A stretch of DNA of 64,000 bases from an uncultured Halobacteriovorax sp. (GCA_964352405.1 CAYGRY010000005.1:4659-68658), one strand, 5' to 3'; positions 1 through 9,894 are shown, counted from the first letter of the stretch. The notes: generated by a model not told the origin, from the letters alone. Program-made: numbers and translations.

Positions 1-3
1 AAA

Positions 4-714
4 GTGGAAGACTTGGAAAGAAGAGCAAACAAGGATTTTATCACCATGACGACTAATATAAGAATTCTAATCTCAAGAGATCACCACTTCTTCCCTATTC
101 TTGAAAGTTCAGGACGATCTGACGTGACTATTTTGTCTCGTGGCGCCGATATAGAAAAGCTAGAGCTTAAAGAAGATCTTATTTTAGATTTAACAGCTTG
201 GGGGCGCGAGAAAAAATCAGATTTACTTGAGCGTCTTTGTGAATCAACAACTAAGCCTGTCATTAGCGATTTAAGTCTTGTTTGGGGCGAAGCTTTCCTA
301 AAGAGATACAGCTTTATTGCAGGTGCTGTAGCAACGGTGTTTCATTCACCAACAGCAACTTATGAGTCATTTGTTCGTCCAGAACACAAACCTCTCTTAG
401 AAAAAGCTTTTGAATCCCTTGGTATTAGCCTTCATCAAGTTGAAGAAGTTGGAATCGGTTTTACCTTTCCAAGAATTAGCTCCATGGTTATTAACGAAGC
501 CTATTTCGCCCTTGAAGATGGTCTAGCTTCTAGTGAAGATATTGATACGGCAATGAAGTTTGGTGTTAACTACCCATTAGGTCCAATCGATTGGGCACAA
601 AGAACTGGTTCTCAGCATATTGCAACTTTATTAGATGAACTCTACAACGTTACGGGCGATCCACGTTATCGTGCCTGCCCTCGTCTAAGACTTGAGCACC
701 CAACATTTTCATAA
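4..714 (+). CDS. 3-hydroxyacyl-CoA dehydrogenase family protein; frame is open to the window edge, so the 5' end may be truncated
   Basis: C-terminal block FPRISSMVINEAYFALEDGLASSEDIDTAMKFGVNYPLGPIDWAQRTG is typical of the 3HCDH C-terminal domain; a thiolase gene follows directly. Confidence 0.6.
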   Translation: MEDLERRANKDFITMTTNIRILISRDHHFFPILESSGRSDVTILSRGADIEKLELKEDLILDLTAWGREKKSDLLERLCESTTKPVISDLSLVWGEAFLKRYSFIAGAVATVFHSPTATYESFVRPEHKPLLEKAFESLGISLHQVEEVGIGFTFPRISSMVINEAYFALEDGLASSEDIDTAMKFGVNYPLGPIDWAQRTGSQHIATLLDELYNVTGDPRYRACPRLRLEHPTFS

Positions 715-723
715 GGATTAAGA

Positions 724-1923
724 TTGAAATCAGTATATATAGTCCATGTTAAAAGAACACCCATTGGCCGCTTAGGTGGTGGGCTTGCTCCAGTAAGATC
801 AGATGATCTTATGGCCTTAGTTTTTGCCAATCATCTTGAGAATCTTTCTTACGATGCCAAAGAAATTGATGATGTTCTTGTCGGTTGTGCCAATCAAGCC
901 GGTGAAGATAACCGAAATGTTGCTAGAATGGCGGCTGTGCTTGCGGGAATACCTTATGAAGTTCCAGCTGTTACATTAAACCGTTTATGCGGAAGTTCTT
1001 TAGATGCGGTAGCGGATGCTTATGCTCGCATTGCAAGTGGAATCGCCGATTGTATTTGGGTTGGCGGCGTTGAGAGTATGACTCGTGGACCTTATGTTTT
1101 GTCTAAAGCTGAAGGACCTTTTGGACGTGATCAAAAAATGTACGACACAACTTTTGGTTGGCGTTTTCCTAATCCAAAAATGGAAGCCATGTTTCCCCTT
1201 TTTTCCATGGGCGAAACAGCAGAAGAAGTCGCAAGAGACTTTAAGGTTTCAAGAGAAGATCAAGATGCCTTTGCCTTAGCTTCACATCAAAAAGCAATTA
1301 AAGCTTGGGAGAATGGATCATTTAACGATGAAGTCATTCCAGTAAAAGTTCAGCTTAAGAAAAAAGAGTATAGTGTTGATCAAGACGAAAATCCGAGAGC
1401 GGATACTTCAATCGAAGCACTCACCAAACTTCGTCCTGTCTTTAGAAAAGATGGATCAGTCACTGCTGGAAATGCCAGCAGTATGAATGATGGTGCGGCG
1501 ATGGCCGTCGTTGTTTCTGAAGAGTTTTTAAAACGACATAATCTAACTCCGATAGCTCGTATCACTGGAGCAGGAGTTAGAGGAGTTCATCCTAACGTCA
1601 TGGGGATTGGTCCCATTGAAGCTGTTAAAACTCTATGTACACGCTTTAACAAAAAAGTTAGTGACTTTGACGTTGTTGAGCTGAATGAAGCTTTTGCGGC
1701 CCAAGCTCTAGCCTGCTTAAGAGAGCTAGAGATTGATCCAGCCATTACAAATAATAATGGTGGAGCCATAGCACTTGGACATCCTCTAGGAGCTTCAGGT
1801 GTTCGTATTCTTGGAACTTTAATTAATCAAATGAAAAATAATTCAAAGCTTAAACAAGGTCTTGCCAGTATGTGTATTGGTGTAGGTCAAGGTGTTGCTT
1901 TGAGTGTAGAAAATTGTAAATAG
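724..1923 (+). CDS. acetyl-CoA C-acetyltransferase (thiolase)
   Basis: Thiolase signatures LNRLCGSSL (active-site Cys), NEAFAAQ, GGAIALGHPLGASG, CIGVGQG; TTG start. Confidence 0.9.
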   Translation: MKSVYIVHVKRTPIGRLGGGLAPVRSDDLMALVFANHLENLSYDAKEIDDVLVGCANQAGEDNRNVARMAAVLAGIPYEVPAVTLNRLCGSSLDAVADAYARIASGIADCIWVGGVESMTRGPYVLSKAEGPFGRDQKMYDTTFGWRFPNPKMEAMFPLFSMGETAEEVARDFKVSREDQDAFALASHQKAIKAWENGSFNDEVIPVKVQLKKKEYSVDQDENPRADTSIEALTKLRPVFRKDGSVTAGNASSMNDGAAMAVVVSEEFLKRHNLTPIARITGAGVRGVHPNVMGIGPIEAVKTLCTRFNKKVSDFDVVELNEAFAAQALACLRELEIDPAITNNNGGAIALGHPLGASGVRILGTLINQMKNNSKLKQGLASMCIGVGQGVALSVENCK

Positions 1924-1931
1924 GATTTAAA

Positions 1932-3422
1932 ATGAAAGAAATTAAGCTTTTTATTGATGGTAAATTTGTTCCTTCAAGTGATGGAAAAACATTTAACTCC
2001 ATTAGCTCTTCAACAGGTGAAGCTATTGCAACTTGCCACTTACCTAGTTCAAAAGATCTTGATATGGCCGTTGATGCTGCTGAAAAGGCTTTTTATAATA
2101 AAGAATGGAGCGAAATGCCCCAATCAAAACGTGCTGAAATACTTTTAACCATTTCAGATAAAATTAAAGAACGTAGCAAAGAACTAGTAGAGCTTGAAGT
2201 ACATGACTCTGGCTCCACTATTAGAAAAGCAAAGGCAGACGTTCATAACACAGCGTCTTTTTTTAAAGTCATGTCAAAAGTTGCAGCAAGTTTTAAGTTT
2301 GAAGAACAAGATGAAGGTGCCACACGAGCCGGTTTTTCTAAAAATTTTAGAAAGTATTCACCTATTGGTGTTTGCGCCCAAATCATTCCATGGAATTTCC
2401 CTCTTGTGATGGCCGGTTGGAAGATTGGACCTGTTTTAGCAACAGGCTGTACCACCGTCTTAAAGTCAGCGATGGAAACTCCTGTGTCAGCTGGAGTTCT
2501 TGCCGAAATTTTAGCCGAGAGCGGTGTACCTGCAGGAGTTATTAATATTGTTACAGGTGGTGCAACTGAAGGTAAACATCTTGTCTCTCATCCAAAAGTT
2601 AATAAGGTCGCCTTTACTGGTTCAACCATGGTTGGCTCACAAATCTTAAAAGACTGCGCACCAACTATTAAAAATACGACAATGGAGCTTGGAGGGAAAT
2701 CTGCCAATATCGTACTCAATGATGCAGACCTAGATATTGCTGTTGACGGTGCTCTATATGCATTTCTTTATCATCAAGGCCAAGCCTGTGACTCAGGCAC
2801 ACGCCTTCTAGTTCAAGAAGGTATCTATGATACATTTCTCGAAAGATTTTTAACAAGAATTAAAGATATCAAAGCAGGAAACCCTGAAGACAAAGCAACT
2901 GGTTACGGACCAGTTATCAATGAAAAGCAATTCAATACCATCATGGCCTTTATTGAAAAATCCAAAAAAGAAAATGCAAAGCTTTTAAGTGGTGGTAATC
3001 GTATTACTGGCGGCGATTTTGATAAAGGTTATTATATTGAACCTACCGCCTTTGAAATTACCCCTGATCATACAATTTTCCATGAAGAAATCTTTGGCCC
3101 AGTTGTAGGCATTACAAAATTCAAGACAGAAGATGAAGCTATTTCTTTAGCGAATAATTCGAAATATGGTCTTGCCGGCGCTGTTTGGAGTAAAGATTCT
3201 GCAAAAGCAAAAACTCTTGCTTCAAAAATTGAAACAGGCACAGTTTGGATTAATGAATACCACTTACTCAATCCAGGAATGCCTTTTGGTGGATTTAAGC
3301 AATCCGGACTTGGACGCGAAATGGGAGTTGAAGGAATGAAAGCCTATTTAGAGGTTCAACACCTTTGGGTTTCCGACTGCGACGCTCGAGATCAAAAACC
3401 ATGGCTCGATGCCATTTTTTAA
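1932..3422 (+). CDS. NAD(P)-dependent aldehyde dehydrogenase
   Basis: ALDH motifs IIPWNFPL, FTGST, MELGGKS, GQACDSGTR, EEIFGPV, PFGGFKQSG. Confidence 0.9.
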   Translation: MKEIKLFIDGKFVPSSDGKTFNSISSSTGEAIATCHLPSSKDLDMAVDAAEKAFYNKEWSEMPQSKRAEILLTISDKIKERSKELVELEVHDSGSTIRKAKADVHNTASFFKVMSKVAASFKFEEQDEGATRAGFSKNFRKYSPIGVCAQIIPWNFPLVMAGWKIGPVLATGCTTVLKSAMETPVSAGVLAEILAESGVPAGVINIVTGGATEGKHLVSHPKVNKVAFTGSTMVGSQILKDCAPTIKNTTMELGGKSANIVLNDADLDIAVDGALYAFLYHQGQACDSGTRLLVQEGIYDTFLERFLTRIKDIKAGNPEDKATGYGPVINEKQFNTIMAFIEKSKKENAKLLSGGNRITGGDFDKGYYIEPTAFEITPDHTIFHEEIFGPVVGITKFKTEDEAISLANNSKYGLAGAVWSKDSAKAKTLASKIETGTVWINEYHLLNPGMPFGGFKQSGLGREMGVEGMKAYLEVQHLWVSDCDARDQKPWLDAIF

Positions 3423-3431
3423 ATCAATCGA

Positions 3432-4970
3432 TTGAAAAAATACCTCAATCAATTTCATTTCTATCTCATCATTGTTTTGGGGGCTTATCTCTTCATAGAG
3501 ATTTATCAAACGGTTCTACCATTTAATCTTATGCATCTTCGCTATGGCGATGATTTAATGTTTCATAATTACTTGTCACAGTTATATGTGAATTTTAAGA
3601 AGCAAGGTATTGTCGACTTCATCTCATCATTGAAACCAGAGTATGCATACTCCTCTTTTTTCTGGATAATAAATTTCTTTTTTTATTATATGTTCTCATT
3701 TTTTCAGTCTGAAAGTATTATTACTTTAGTTCCTTTTATTATTTCACTTACTTTCTTTCTTTTATCCTTATTTAATATATTTAAAATTTACGAGCAATAC
3801 TTTAACAACCAACTGACTTCCCAAATAGCTTTGTTATTGTTTGTTATGTTGCCTATGTCGACACACTCAGCAGTAAGATTTCACAACTATAGCTTAACTC
3901 TTTATCTGAGCTCACTTTTGTTTTATTTAGTAAAGAAGTGGAATACATTAGACAATCGAAGAGTTATCTCTTTATCGCTACTTTGTTCAATGCTTATTTC
4001 GACAAAGCTTAACGGAGCTTTTATTGGGATTGCATGCTTAGGTTTAATATTCTCAAAAAAAGAGTTCTTAAAATGCTTTAATATGTCCAAAGCTCTTACT
4101 TTCTCTGTAATCTTTTTCATTTCATACTTATTATTTATGCAGCCTAATTTACTTTTTCACATTTTGACTTGGAACACTGATGTTGTGACGAGTTCAACCT
4201 TTGAATATATAAGAATGATTAAAGAGGCTTTAAGAGATAATAAGATAAACTACTTTTCAAACGTCTTATCACTAAAAGATCACTATTTATCATTATACTC
4301 ATTCCTTCTTTTTTCACTTGGGTATTTCATTTGGTTTATTAGAGTACAAAAAGAGAGGGTGGAAAGTTTCATGATCGTAGCATGCTTAGGCATTTTTTCT
4401 TCCTATATAGTTTTAGCTGGGCGAATTTGGCATAGTTCAACGTACCTCATTGGAATATCATTTTTATTACCTTTATCAATCAAGGGATTTGAACAAATCA
4501 AGCAAAGATTTATAAAAAATGGACTCTTTGCTATAGTAATATCATTCTCTTTATATCATTTTATCGATAGATATCACATTATGCATGCCAGAGATTTATA
4601 TATATCCAAAGGTTCCCCAAATTATCATTTACTAAAGGCTGATCAAGAGATTTTCCTAAGACTATTTCCTAAACCAGATAATTATCGATCAAGCTTGCGA
4701 ATTAACTGTTTTATTTATAGCTTTTGTCCATGGGTTCAACCTCTTTTACCAATGGACCTTTCTATTGTTTATGAGCCAAGTGAGGATTTCTTAAGAAATA
4801 GTGATTATATTTTTATTAATGATAAACGCTGGCCGGATCAAACAAAGTTTTATCTTGATCAATATGAATTTGAATTTATAGAGAATCTTCTATCTTCACT
4901 TAAAATTGGTGAAGATGAATATAATATGATTTATAAAAGTGAATATATAAAGGTTTTAAAGAAGAAATAA
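3432..4970 (+). CDS. polytopic membrane protein, possibly a GT-C-type glycosyltransferase (function uncertain)
   Basis: 512 aa with more than 10 hydrophobic segments and a GDD in the first predicted loop; very AT-rich with F/I/L/Y-rich codon usage; TTG start. Confidence 0.55.
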   Translation: MKKYLNQFHFYLIIVLGAYLFIEIYQTVLPFNLMHLRYGDDLMFHNYLSQLYVNFKKQGIVDFISSLKPEYAYSSFFWIINFFFYYMFSFFQSESIITLVPFIISLTFFLLSLFNIFKIYEQYFNNQLTSQIALLLFVMLPMSTHSAVRFHNYSLTLYLSSLLFYLVKKWNTLDNRRVISLSLLCSMLISTKLNGAFIGIACLGLIFSKKEFLKCFNMSKALTFSVIFFISYLLFMQPNLLFHILTWNTDVVTSSTFEYIRMIKEALRDNKINYFSNVLSLKDHYLSLYSFLLFSLGYFIWFIRVQKERVESFMIVACLGIFSSYIVLAGRIWHSSTYLIGISFLLPLSIKGFEQIKQRFIKNGLFAIVISFSLYHFIDRYHIMHARDLYISKGSPNYHLLKADQEIFLRLFPKPDNYRSSLRINCFIYSFCPWVQPLLPMDLSIVYEPSEDFLRNSDYIFINDKRWPDQTKFYLDQYEFEFIENLLSSLKIGEDEYNMIYKSEYIKVLKKK

Positions 4971-4995
4971 AAAAGCCCCCCATTCGGGGGGATTT
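4971..4995. terminator. bidirectional rho-independent terminator between the membrane-protein gene and flagellin
   Basis: AAAAAG-CCCCCC-ATTC-GGGGGG-ATTT; on the minus strand the stem is followed by CTTTTTT. Confidence 0.6.
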
Positions 4996-5031
4996 GTATA
5001 CCTATCTCTCTTCTAATTCGAAAGGTCGTTA

Positions 5032-5865
5032 TTAGCCGATAAGCTTAAGAGCCGCTTGGCCTTGAGCATTCGACTGAGCAAGAACTGAAGAACCAGCATT
5101 AGTTAAGATGTTTAACTTAGTGTTCTTAGCAGTTTCTGAAGCATAGTCTGTATCACGGATACGAGAGTTTGCAGCAGACAAGTTCTCTGTAGAAACTTGC
5201 AAGTTACTTACTGTTGATGATAGACGGTTTTGCTTAGCACCTAGTTCAGCGCGCTGACCAGATACTTTTTGGATCGCTTCATCAAGAGTTTCAAGGCTAG
5301 ACTGAGCTCCTTCCTTAGAACTAACAGCGATGCCATCAACTCCTAAATTCCCGATTGAAGAATTTAGAACTGCTGTATCGAATTTAATTCTATCTTGGAA
5401 ATCATCATTATGAATTCCGATTTGGAAGTCATAAGACTCACCGTCACCGTTTAACAGTTTTTTACCGTTAAATTCAGTCACTTGTGAAATACGCTCAATT
5501 TCTTGTTTTAGGTTTTGATATTCAAGATCTGTAAAAGATCTCTCTTTATCACCTACAGTATCAGATGCTGACTGAACTGAAAGTTCTCTCATACGAATCA
5601 AGATATTACCTACTTCTTGCAAGCCACCTTCAGCGACTTGAATCATAGAAATACCGTCATTCGCATTTCGTTCAGCTTGTTGTAAACCGCGTACATTGGC
5701 CTTCAATTTCTCAGAAATTGCGAGACCCGCAGCATCGTCAGATGCTTTCGTAATTCTTGTACCAGATGACAACTTGTTCAGGGTACTAGCCTGTTCCATG
5801 TTGTTCTGGCCGAGAGTACGTTGAGCGGCTAGAGACGTAACGTTAGTGTTAATACGCAAACCCAT
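5032..5865 (-). CDS. fliC: flagellin
   Basis: N-terminus MGLRINTNVTSLAAQRTL and C-terminus NILTNAGSSVLAQSNAQGQAALKLIG are canonical flagellin; AGGAGG lies 6 nt upstream of the ATG at 5865; the longer ORF-track start at 5961 is rejected. Confidence 0.92.
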   Translation of the reverse strand: MGLRINTNVTSLAAQRTLGQNNMEQASTLNKLSSGTRITKASDDAAGLAISEKLKANVRGLQQAERNANDGISMIQVAEGGLQEVGNILIRMRELSVQSASDTVGDKERSFTDLEYQNLKQEIERISQVTEFNGKKLLNGDGESYDFQIGIHNDDFQDRIKFDTAVLNSSIGNLGVDGIAVSSKEGAQSSLETLDEAIQKVSGQRAELGAKQNRLSSTVSNLQVSTENLSAANSRIRDTDYASETAKNTKLNILTNAGSSVLAQSNAQGQAALKLIG

Positions 5866-5986
5866 TGGCTTCCTCCTTGGTTCTACTGTCCCTTCTGAGA
5901 CTAAATCCCCGCCTTGAGGACCAATGAGCATACTGCTCGAGTGGTTTTGTTTTTTGTTCACACTGTTGTGAACCTTTCAATGAATC

Positions 5987-6012
5987 TTCTCGGTGCAATT
6001 TTCTAAACATTA
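5987..6012 (-). promoter_or_regulatory. putative sigma-28 (FliA) promoter of flagellin
   Basis: Minus strand reads TAATGTTT-N10-ACCGAGAA, compared with consensus TAAAGTTT-N11-GCCGATAA; implies a 5' UTR of about 110 nt. Confidence 0.4.
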
Positions 6013-6091
6013 AGAAATATTTTCCTATTATTTCAATGTTTTAGACTGACAAAAACAGTCAGATACCAAAAATAAAACTTCCTATATAAGT

Positions 6092-6118
6092 TAAAAAGAG
6101 TCGCTATAAAGACGATAA
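6092..6118 (+). promoter_or_regulatory. putative sigma-28 (FliA) promoter of the 6125-10293 operon
   Basis: TAAAAAGA-N11-GACGATAA; the -10 box ends 6 nt before the ATG at 6125 and there is no Shine-Dalgarno sequence. Confidence 0.45.
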
Positions 6119-6124
6119 GAATGA

Positions 6125-8782
6125 ATGGACGGCGGTAAACCACTTATATTCATCAAACCTTATTCAAAGACTTTAGAAAAGCTTGTGGAGGTTTTAAAAG
6201 AATCTTCTGAAGATCAAGGTACAGAAATTTATGAAATTGAAGATGTAAAAGAAGCCATTCAGATTATTCCACAACTCGGCCAATCATTAATTATTGCTGC
6301 TCACCCTAGAAAAACAGCGCAAATACTTCAAGCAGCAGGGAAGCTCATAAGAAAAATTCAATCAAAAGTTCTTCTGCTAACTCCAAAGCCAATACCAAGA
6401 AAAACAATTGATAAGTTTATGAAGGTTGGTCTGACAGAGTGTATTATTGAGCCTATCGCACCTAAAACACTTCAATACAAAGTTAATCTTCTTCTAAGAT
6501 CTATTGTTATAAAAAAAGAAGAAAGTGATTACGAACAAAACTTTGATTCAAACAATGAATCAATCAGTGATGATGAGCTTGCTCGAAAACAACTCAGCGC
6601 CAATATAAAAGAAGAAGACAAAAAGGAAGAAGTTGATGGCAGTGACCTATATGCAACTGAGGATAAAGTTGAAAAGAAAAAATCGACCTATAAAGAAGAA
6701 GCAATTGCAGGATATTACAAAGGTGCTTCAAAAAAGAAAGAGAACGCCATTGATGAAGAAGATGATGATGATACAGATAAAAATAACAGCGAAATAATTG
6801 AAAGCTATTATAAAAACAAAGTCGCGAAACGAGAAGAAGATGTTGAGGAAGAGAGCGAAAAGAAGGCTAAGAAGAGAGAGCTAGAACCTGATGATTTTGA
6901 AGAACTTTCAAAGTCTGCCAGTCTGCTTTTAGAAGACGATGAAGTTGAAGATGAAGAAAAAGCTGTAAAGCAAGAAGTAGAAAAAGAGAAAAGAAACTCC
7001 CTTACTTTTTTAGAATTAGAAGAAGAAAAAAAGAAAAAGGAATCAAAGCCAAAAGCTGAAGACATTGATGAAGCAGATGATGTCGCTAGCCATCATCTAG
7101 ACCTAATCAATGATCTTGAAGATAAAAAAGAAGAAGAAACTTCAGAGCAAGAAAAAGCTATCTCAACAAAGAAGCCTACGACAGTTCTTAACCTTGAAGA
7201 AGAACAACTTGAGGATGAAGACGAAACTTTAAATCCTGAAAAAGAAGAAAAAACTAAGAAATCAAAAACTCTGCTCCAGCTTGAAGCTGAAGAGTTAAAG
7301 ACAGAGGAAGCGCCAAAACCCGAGTCAGATAAGAACAAAGAAAAGCGAAGTGATGCAAAAAAATTAAATCTTGAAGATGAAGAGTTGCCTGATGAAGGAC
7401 TTGAAGATGTTGCAGAACAATTAGATGCTTTAAACTTAGCATCTAAGACCATTTTAGAGCTTGAAACAGATGAAGAAGAAGCTAATGAAGATGCTTTTGA
7501 AGAAGACATTAAAAAAGATGAAAAGAAGAAAGCAGCAAAACTAGATCTAGAAGAAGATCTGAAACCTAAAAAAGAAAAAGATGAGATTTTAGAAGAAGAG
7601 CAAATCTACGGCAAGAAGAAATCTAAACAACTAGCCTTGGAAACAGAAGAAGATTTAGATTACGGCAAGAAAAAACGCGAAGAGAAGCAAAAGCATCAAG
7701 TCGAACGTGAAATTCAAGAACGAGATGAAAACAAGCGCAAAGCTGAGCGAGAAAACCAGGGATATACCGAACGGGAAATGAATAATAAAAGCTCTGGTTA
7801 TACAGAGAATATTCAAGATCAGGGTGGCAATAAGGCTGATGTTCATTCAGACAAGCTTAAAACTCACTATGATAGTCGTACAGGCTTAAAACACAATGAC
7901 GAAGAATGGCGCGAAGTTGAGCGAGAAAGACGTGCAGACGAAGAGTTTAAAGCTGAAAAGAAGAACGAATTTGCCATGCCTGAAAAAACAGACTGGGGTG
8001 AGCAGACGATTGACTACTCTGATCTCAAGAAACAATTCGAGGAAACTGGCTATAGCTTAGGTAGTAAAAAAGAAGTTGGTCAATTTGAAGATGGAGAATC
8101 ATCTAAATCTGGAATGAAGTACACACAAGCTGTTGGTGCAAGTCCTGTAGCTGAAGATGAAGTACTTGAAGAGATTGTTGAAGAAGCTAAAGAAGAGGAA
8201 GAGAACCAAATTTTTGAAGCTGACTTAAAATCGAGCATCACACTCATTAAGTCACTAAATATGTATTACCAGTATTCAAAAAATCGTGATGATACAGTTA
8301 AAGCTATCTTAGAGATGGTCAGAAATGATTTTGGAGCATTAGCAGCGATCAAATATGGCAAGGGCCCCAAAGATGGGAAACTAAAAATTGAAACAATAGG
8401 CAATTGGCTTGATGATGCTTCAAAAGATTCAATCATTAACACCTACACCGATGCAGCAAGTTGCCCAATTTTACCGAGCTATTCAGATAAAACGTTTGAA
8501 CAAAAAAGAACAATGTTCTTCTACCCTTTTACCGAGGGCATTACCACTTTTGCTTGGGTTCAATGTTTTCTTCCTAACGGGATCAAAGAAAATGAACTTA
8601 AGGGACTGGAAGCTTCTCTAGAGACAATGCGCGGAGCTCTACTAGACGAGTTTTATGAGCTTGGGGGAACTGGTCCTTATGCTGAGATCAAAAAGAAAAC
8701 AAAAGAGAAAGAACAATCATCTTCTGTTGCAAAGATTGGAAGCTTTTTTGGTGGCCTATTTGGCAAAAAGAAGGCGGGCTAA
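6125..8782 (+). CDS. pseudo-receiver domain protein with a long E/K/D-rich low-complexity centre and a globular C-terminal domain
   Basis: N-terminal 125 aa has receiver-like beta-alpha periodicity, but LIIAAHPRK replaces the acceptor-Asp strand and IIEPI replaces the conserved-Lys strand; residues about 130-700 are polyampholyte (KEE/EED runs); the last 190 aa are non-repetitive. Confidence 0.75.
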   Translation: MDGGKPLIFIKPYSKTLEKLVEVLKESSEDQGTEIYEIEDVKEAIQIIPQLGQSLIIAAHPRKTAQILQAAGKLIRKIQSKVLLLTPKPIPRKTIDKFMKVGLTECIIEPIAPKTLQYKVNLLLRSIVIKKEESDYEQNFDSNNESISDDELARKQLSANIKEEDKKEEVDGSDLYATEDKVEKKKSTYKEEAIAGYYKGASKKKENAIDEEDDDDTDKNNSEIIESYYKNKVAKREEDVEEESEKKAKKRELEPDDFEELSKSASLLLEDDEVEDEEKAVKQEVEKEKRNSLTFLELEEEKKKKESKPKAEDIDEADDVASHHLDLINDLEDKKEEETSEQEKAISTKKPTTVLNLEEEQLEDEDETLNPEKEEKTKKSKTLLQLEAEELKTEEAPKPESDKNKEKRSDAKKLNLEDEELPDEGLEDVAEQLDALNLASKTILELETDEEEANEDAFEEDIKKDEKKKAAKLDLEEDLKPKKEKDEILEEEQIYGKKKSKQLALETEEDLDYGKKKREEKQKHQVEREIQERDENKRKAERENQGYTEREMNNKSSGYTENIQDQGGNKADVHSDKLKTHYDSRTGLKHNDEEWREVERERRADEEFKAEKKNEFAMPEKTDWGEQTIDYSDLKKQFEETGYSLGSKKEVGQFEDGESSKSGMKYTQAVGASPVAEDEVLEEIVEEAKEEEENQIFEADLKSSITLIKSLNMYYQYSKNRDDTVKAILEMVRNDFGALAAIKYGKGPKDGKLKIETIGNWLDDASKDSIINTYTDAASCPILPSYSDKTFEQKRTMFFYPFTEGITTFAWVQCFLPNGIKENELKGLEASLETMRGALLDEFYELGGTGPYAEIKKKTKEKEQSSSVAKIGSFFGGLFGKKKAG

Positions 8783-9880
8783 GTGAATAATAATGATAAG
8801 CAATATTTCTTTGTTGATTTAGATCATCTTGGAGAGACTCAATTATTTCCTTTTCATATCCATATCTTTAATCCAGCAAATGGAAAGTATAATCCCTACC
8901 TTTTTGCAAATAGCCCACTAACATCTGCAAAAAAAGAATTATTAGTTGAAATTGTTTCTCGTGGTGGGAAAATAGCTATTCCAATGAAACAAAAACGCAC
9001 TTTTCTTGTTGAACAAGAGGTTAAAGAGGAAGATATTCCTGATTTAGCTCCACAAAAAGTTCATTCACTTGAAAAGCGAAGACAAGAACTTCTTGAAAAG
9101 AATAATGAAGTAACAGAAAATTCATCAGTTAAGGCAAAAAATAATACTGACAGTGAAACTAGTAATGAAGAAAAGTTCCATTTTAAAGAGCAGCTGGCCA
9201 ATGCCGCTTCAAGCAATGATTATTCAGGTCTTATTAATTTTGTAAGAGAAGAAGTTATAACCTTTAGCCCGCGTATATCGATGATGACGACAATGTCTTC
9301 CCTAATTGCAGAAACTGTTCTCTTTGATGATAATTTTACAAATAGAACTGTCGCCTTAAGCTTCCTTCTGGCAAAAGGTTGTGGCATTACCGATCCAGAA
9401 TCACTTGGTGACCTTGTCTGCGCAGCCTACTTTTTTCATTTAGGATATACGCAACTTCCACATTCCTGTATGAACAGAGCTCAAGTTGAGTATTCAGACT
9501 CAACAAAAAAAGAATGGAAAAAACATCCGGGGCTTAGTCTCCACTTATTAAGAAAAGCTCAAATTGAATTATCACCAAGAACAAGAATTATTATTGAGCA
9601 GCACCATGAGCGTTATGATGGTCAGGGCTTTCCTCAAATGAAAAAAGGTTCTCACATTGAGCCTTTGGCACTTGTATTAGGAGCAGCCTCACATATATTA
9701 GAATACACAAGCGGCAAAGTATCTGGCACTCCCACAACGCTTCCATCATTTATATTAAATCTTAAAAATAAAACTTATCTACCTGGTATGGAAGTGGAAT
9801 TTGGTGGTTTAATAGAAGAAAGTTTAGCTCATTTAGTAGACACAATGAATTCAACTGATCAAAATAAGAAAGTAGCCTAA
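8783..9880 (+). CDS. HD-GYP-like domain protein with degenerate metal-binding motifs
   Basis: EQHHERYDGQGFP matches the HHExxDGxGYP signature; the expected LHDIGK block reads FHLGYT; GTG start abuts the upstream stop. Confidence 0.75.
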   Translation: MNNNDKQYFFVDLDHLGETQLFPFHIHIFNPANGKYNPYLFANSPLTSAKKELLVEIVSRGGKIAIPMKQKRTFLVEQEVKEEDIPDLAPQKVHSLEKRRQELLEKNNEVTENSSVKAKNNTDSETSNEEKFHFKEQLANAASSNDYSGLINFVREEVITFSPRISMMTTMSSLIAETVLFDDNFTNRTVALSFLLAKGCGITDPESLGDLVCAAYFFHLGYTQLPHSCMNRAQVEYSDSTKKEWKKHPGLSLHLLRKAQIELSPRTRIIIEQHHERYDGQGFPQMKKGSHIEPLALVLGAASHILEYTSGKVSGTPTTLPSFILNLKNKTYLPGMEVEFGGLIEESLAHLVDTMNSTDQNKKVA

Positions 9881-9894
9881 ATCGGGGATATTTT

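Noticed and set aside
5035-5042. Perfect GCCGATAA on the plus strand
   Set aside because: It lies inside the flagellin coding region (antisense of ...KLIG-stop), with no -35 element and no downstream plus-strand gene.
5866-5961. N-terminal 32-codon extension of the flagellin ORF (ORF-track start 5961)
   Set aside because: Canonical flagellin starts at MGLRINTN, with AGGAGG 6 nt upstream of the ATG at 5865. The extension has no homology-like features.
6808-7509. Long Ser-rich ORFs on the minus strand (85 aa, 138 aa, 62 aa)
   Set aside because: They are the mirror image of GAA/GAG/AAG-rich sense codons in the E/K-rich region of the 885-aa gene, a low-complexity antisense artefact.
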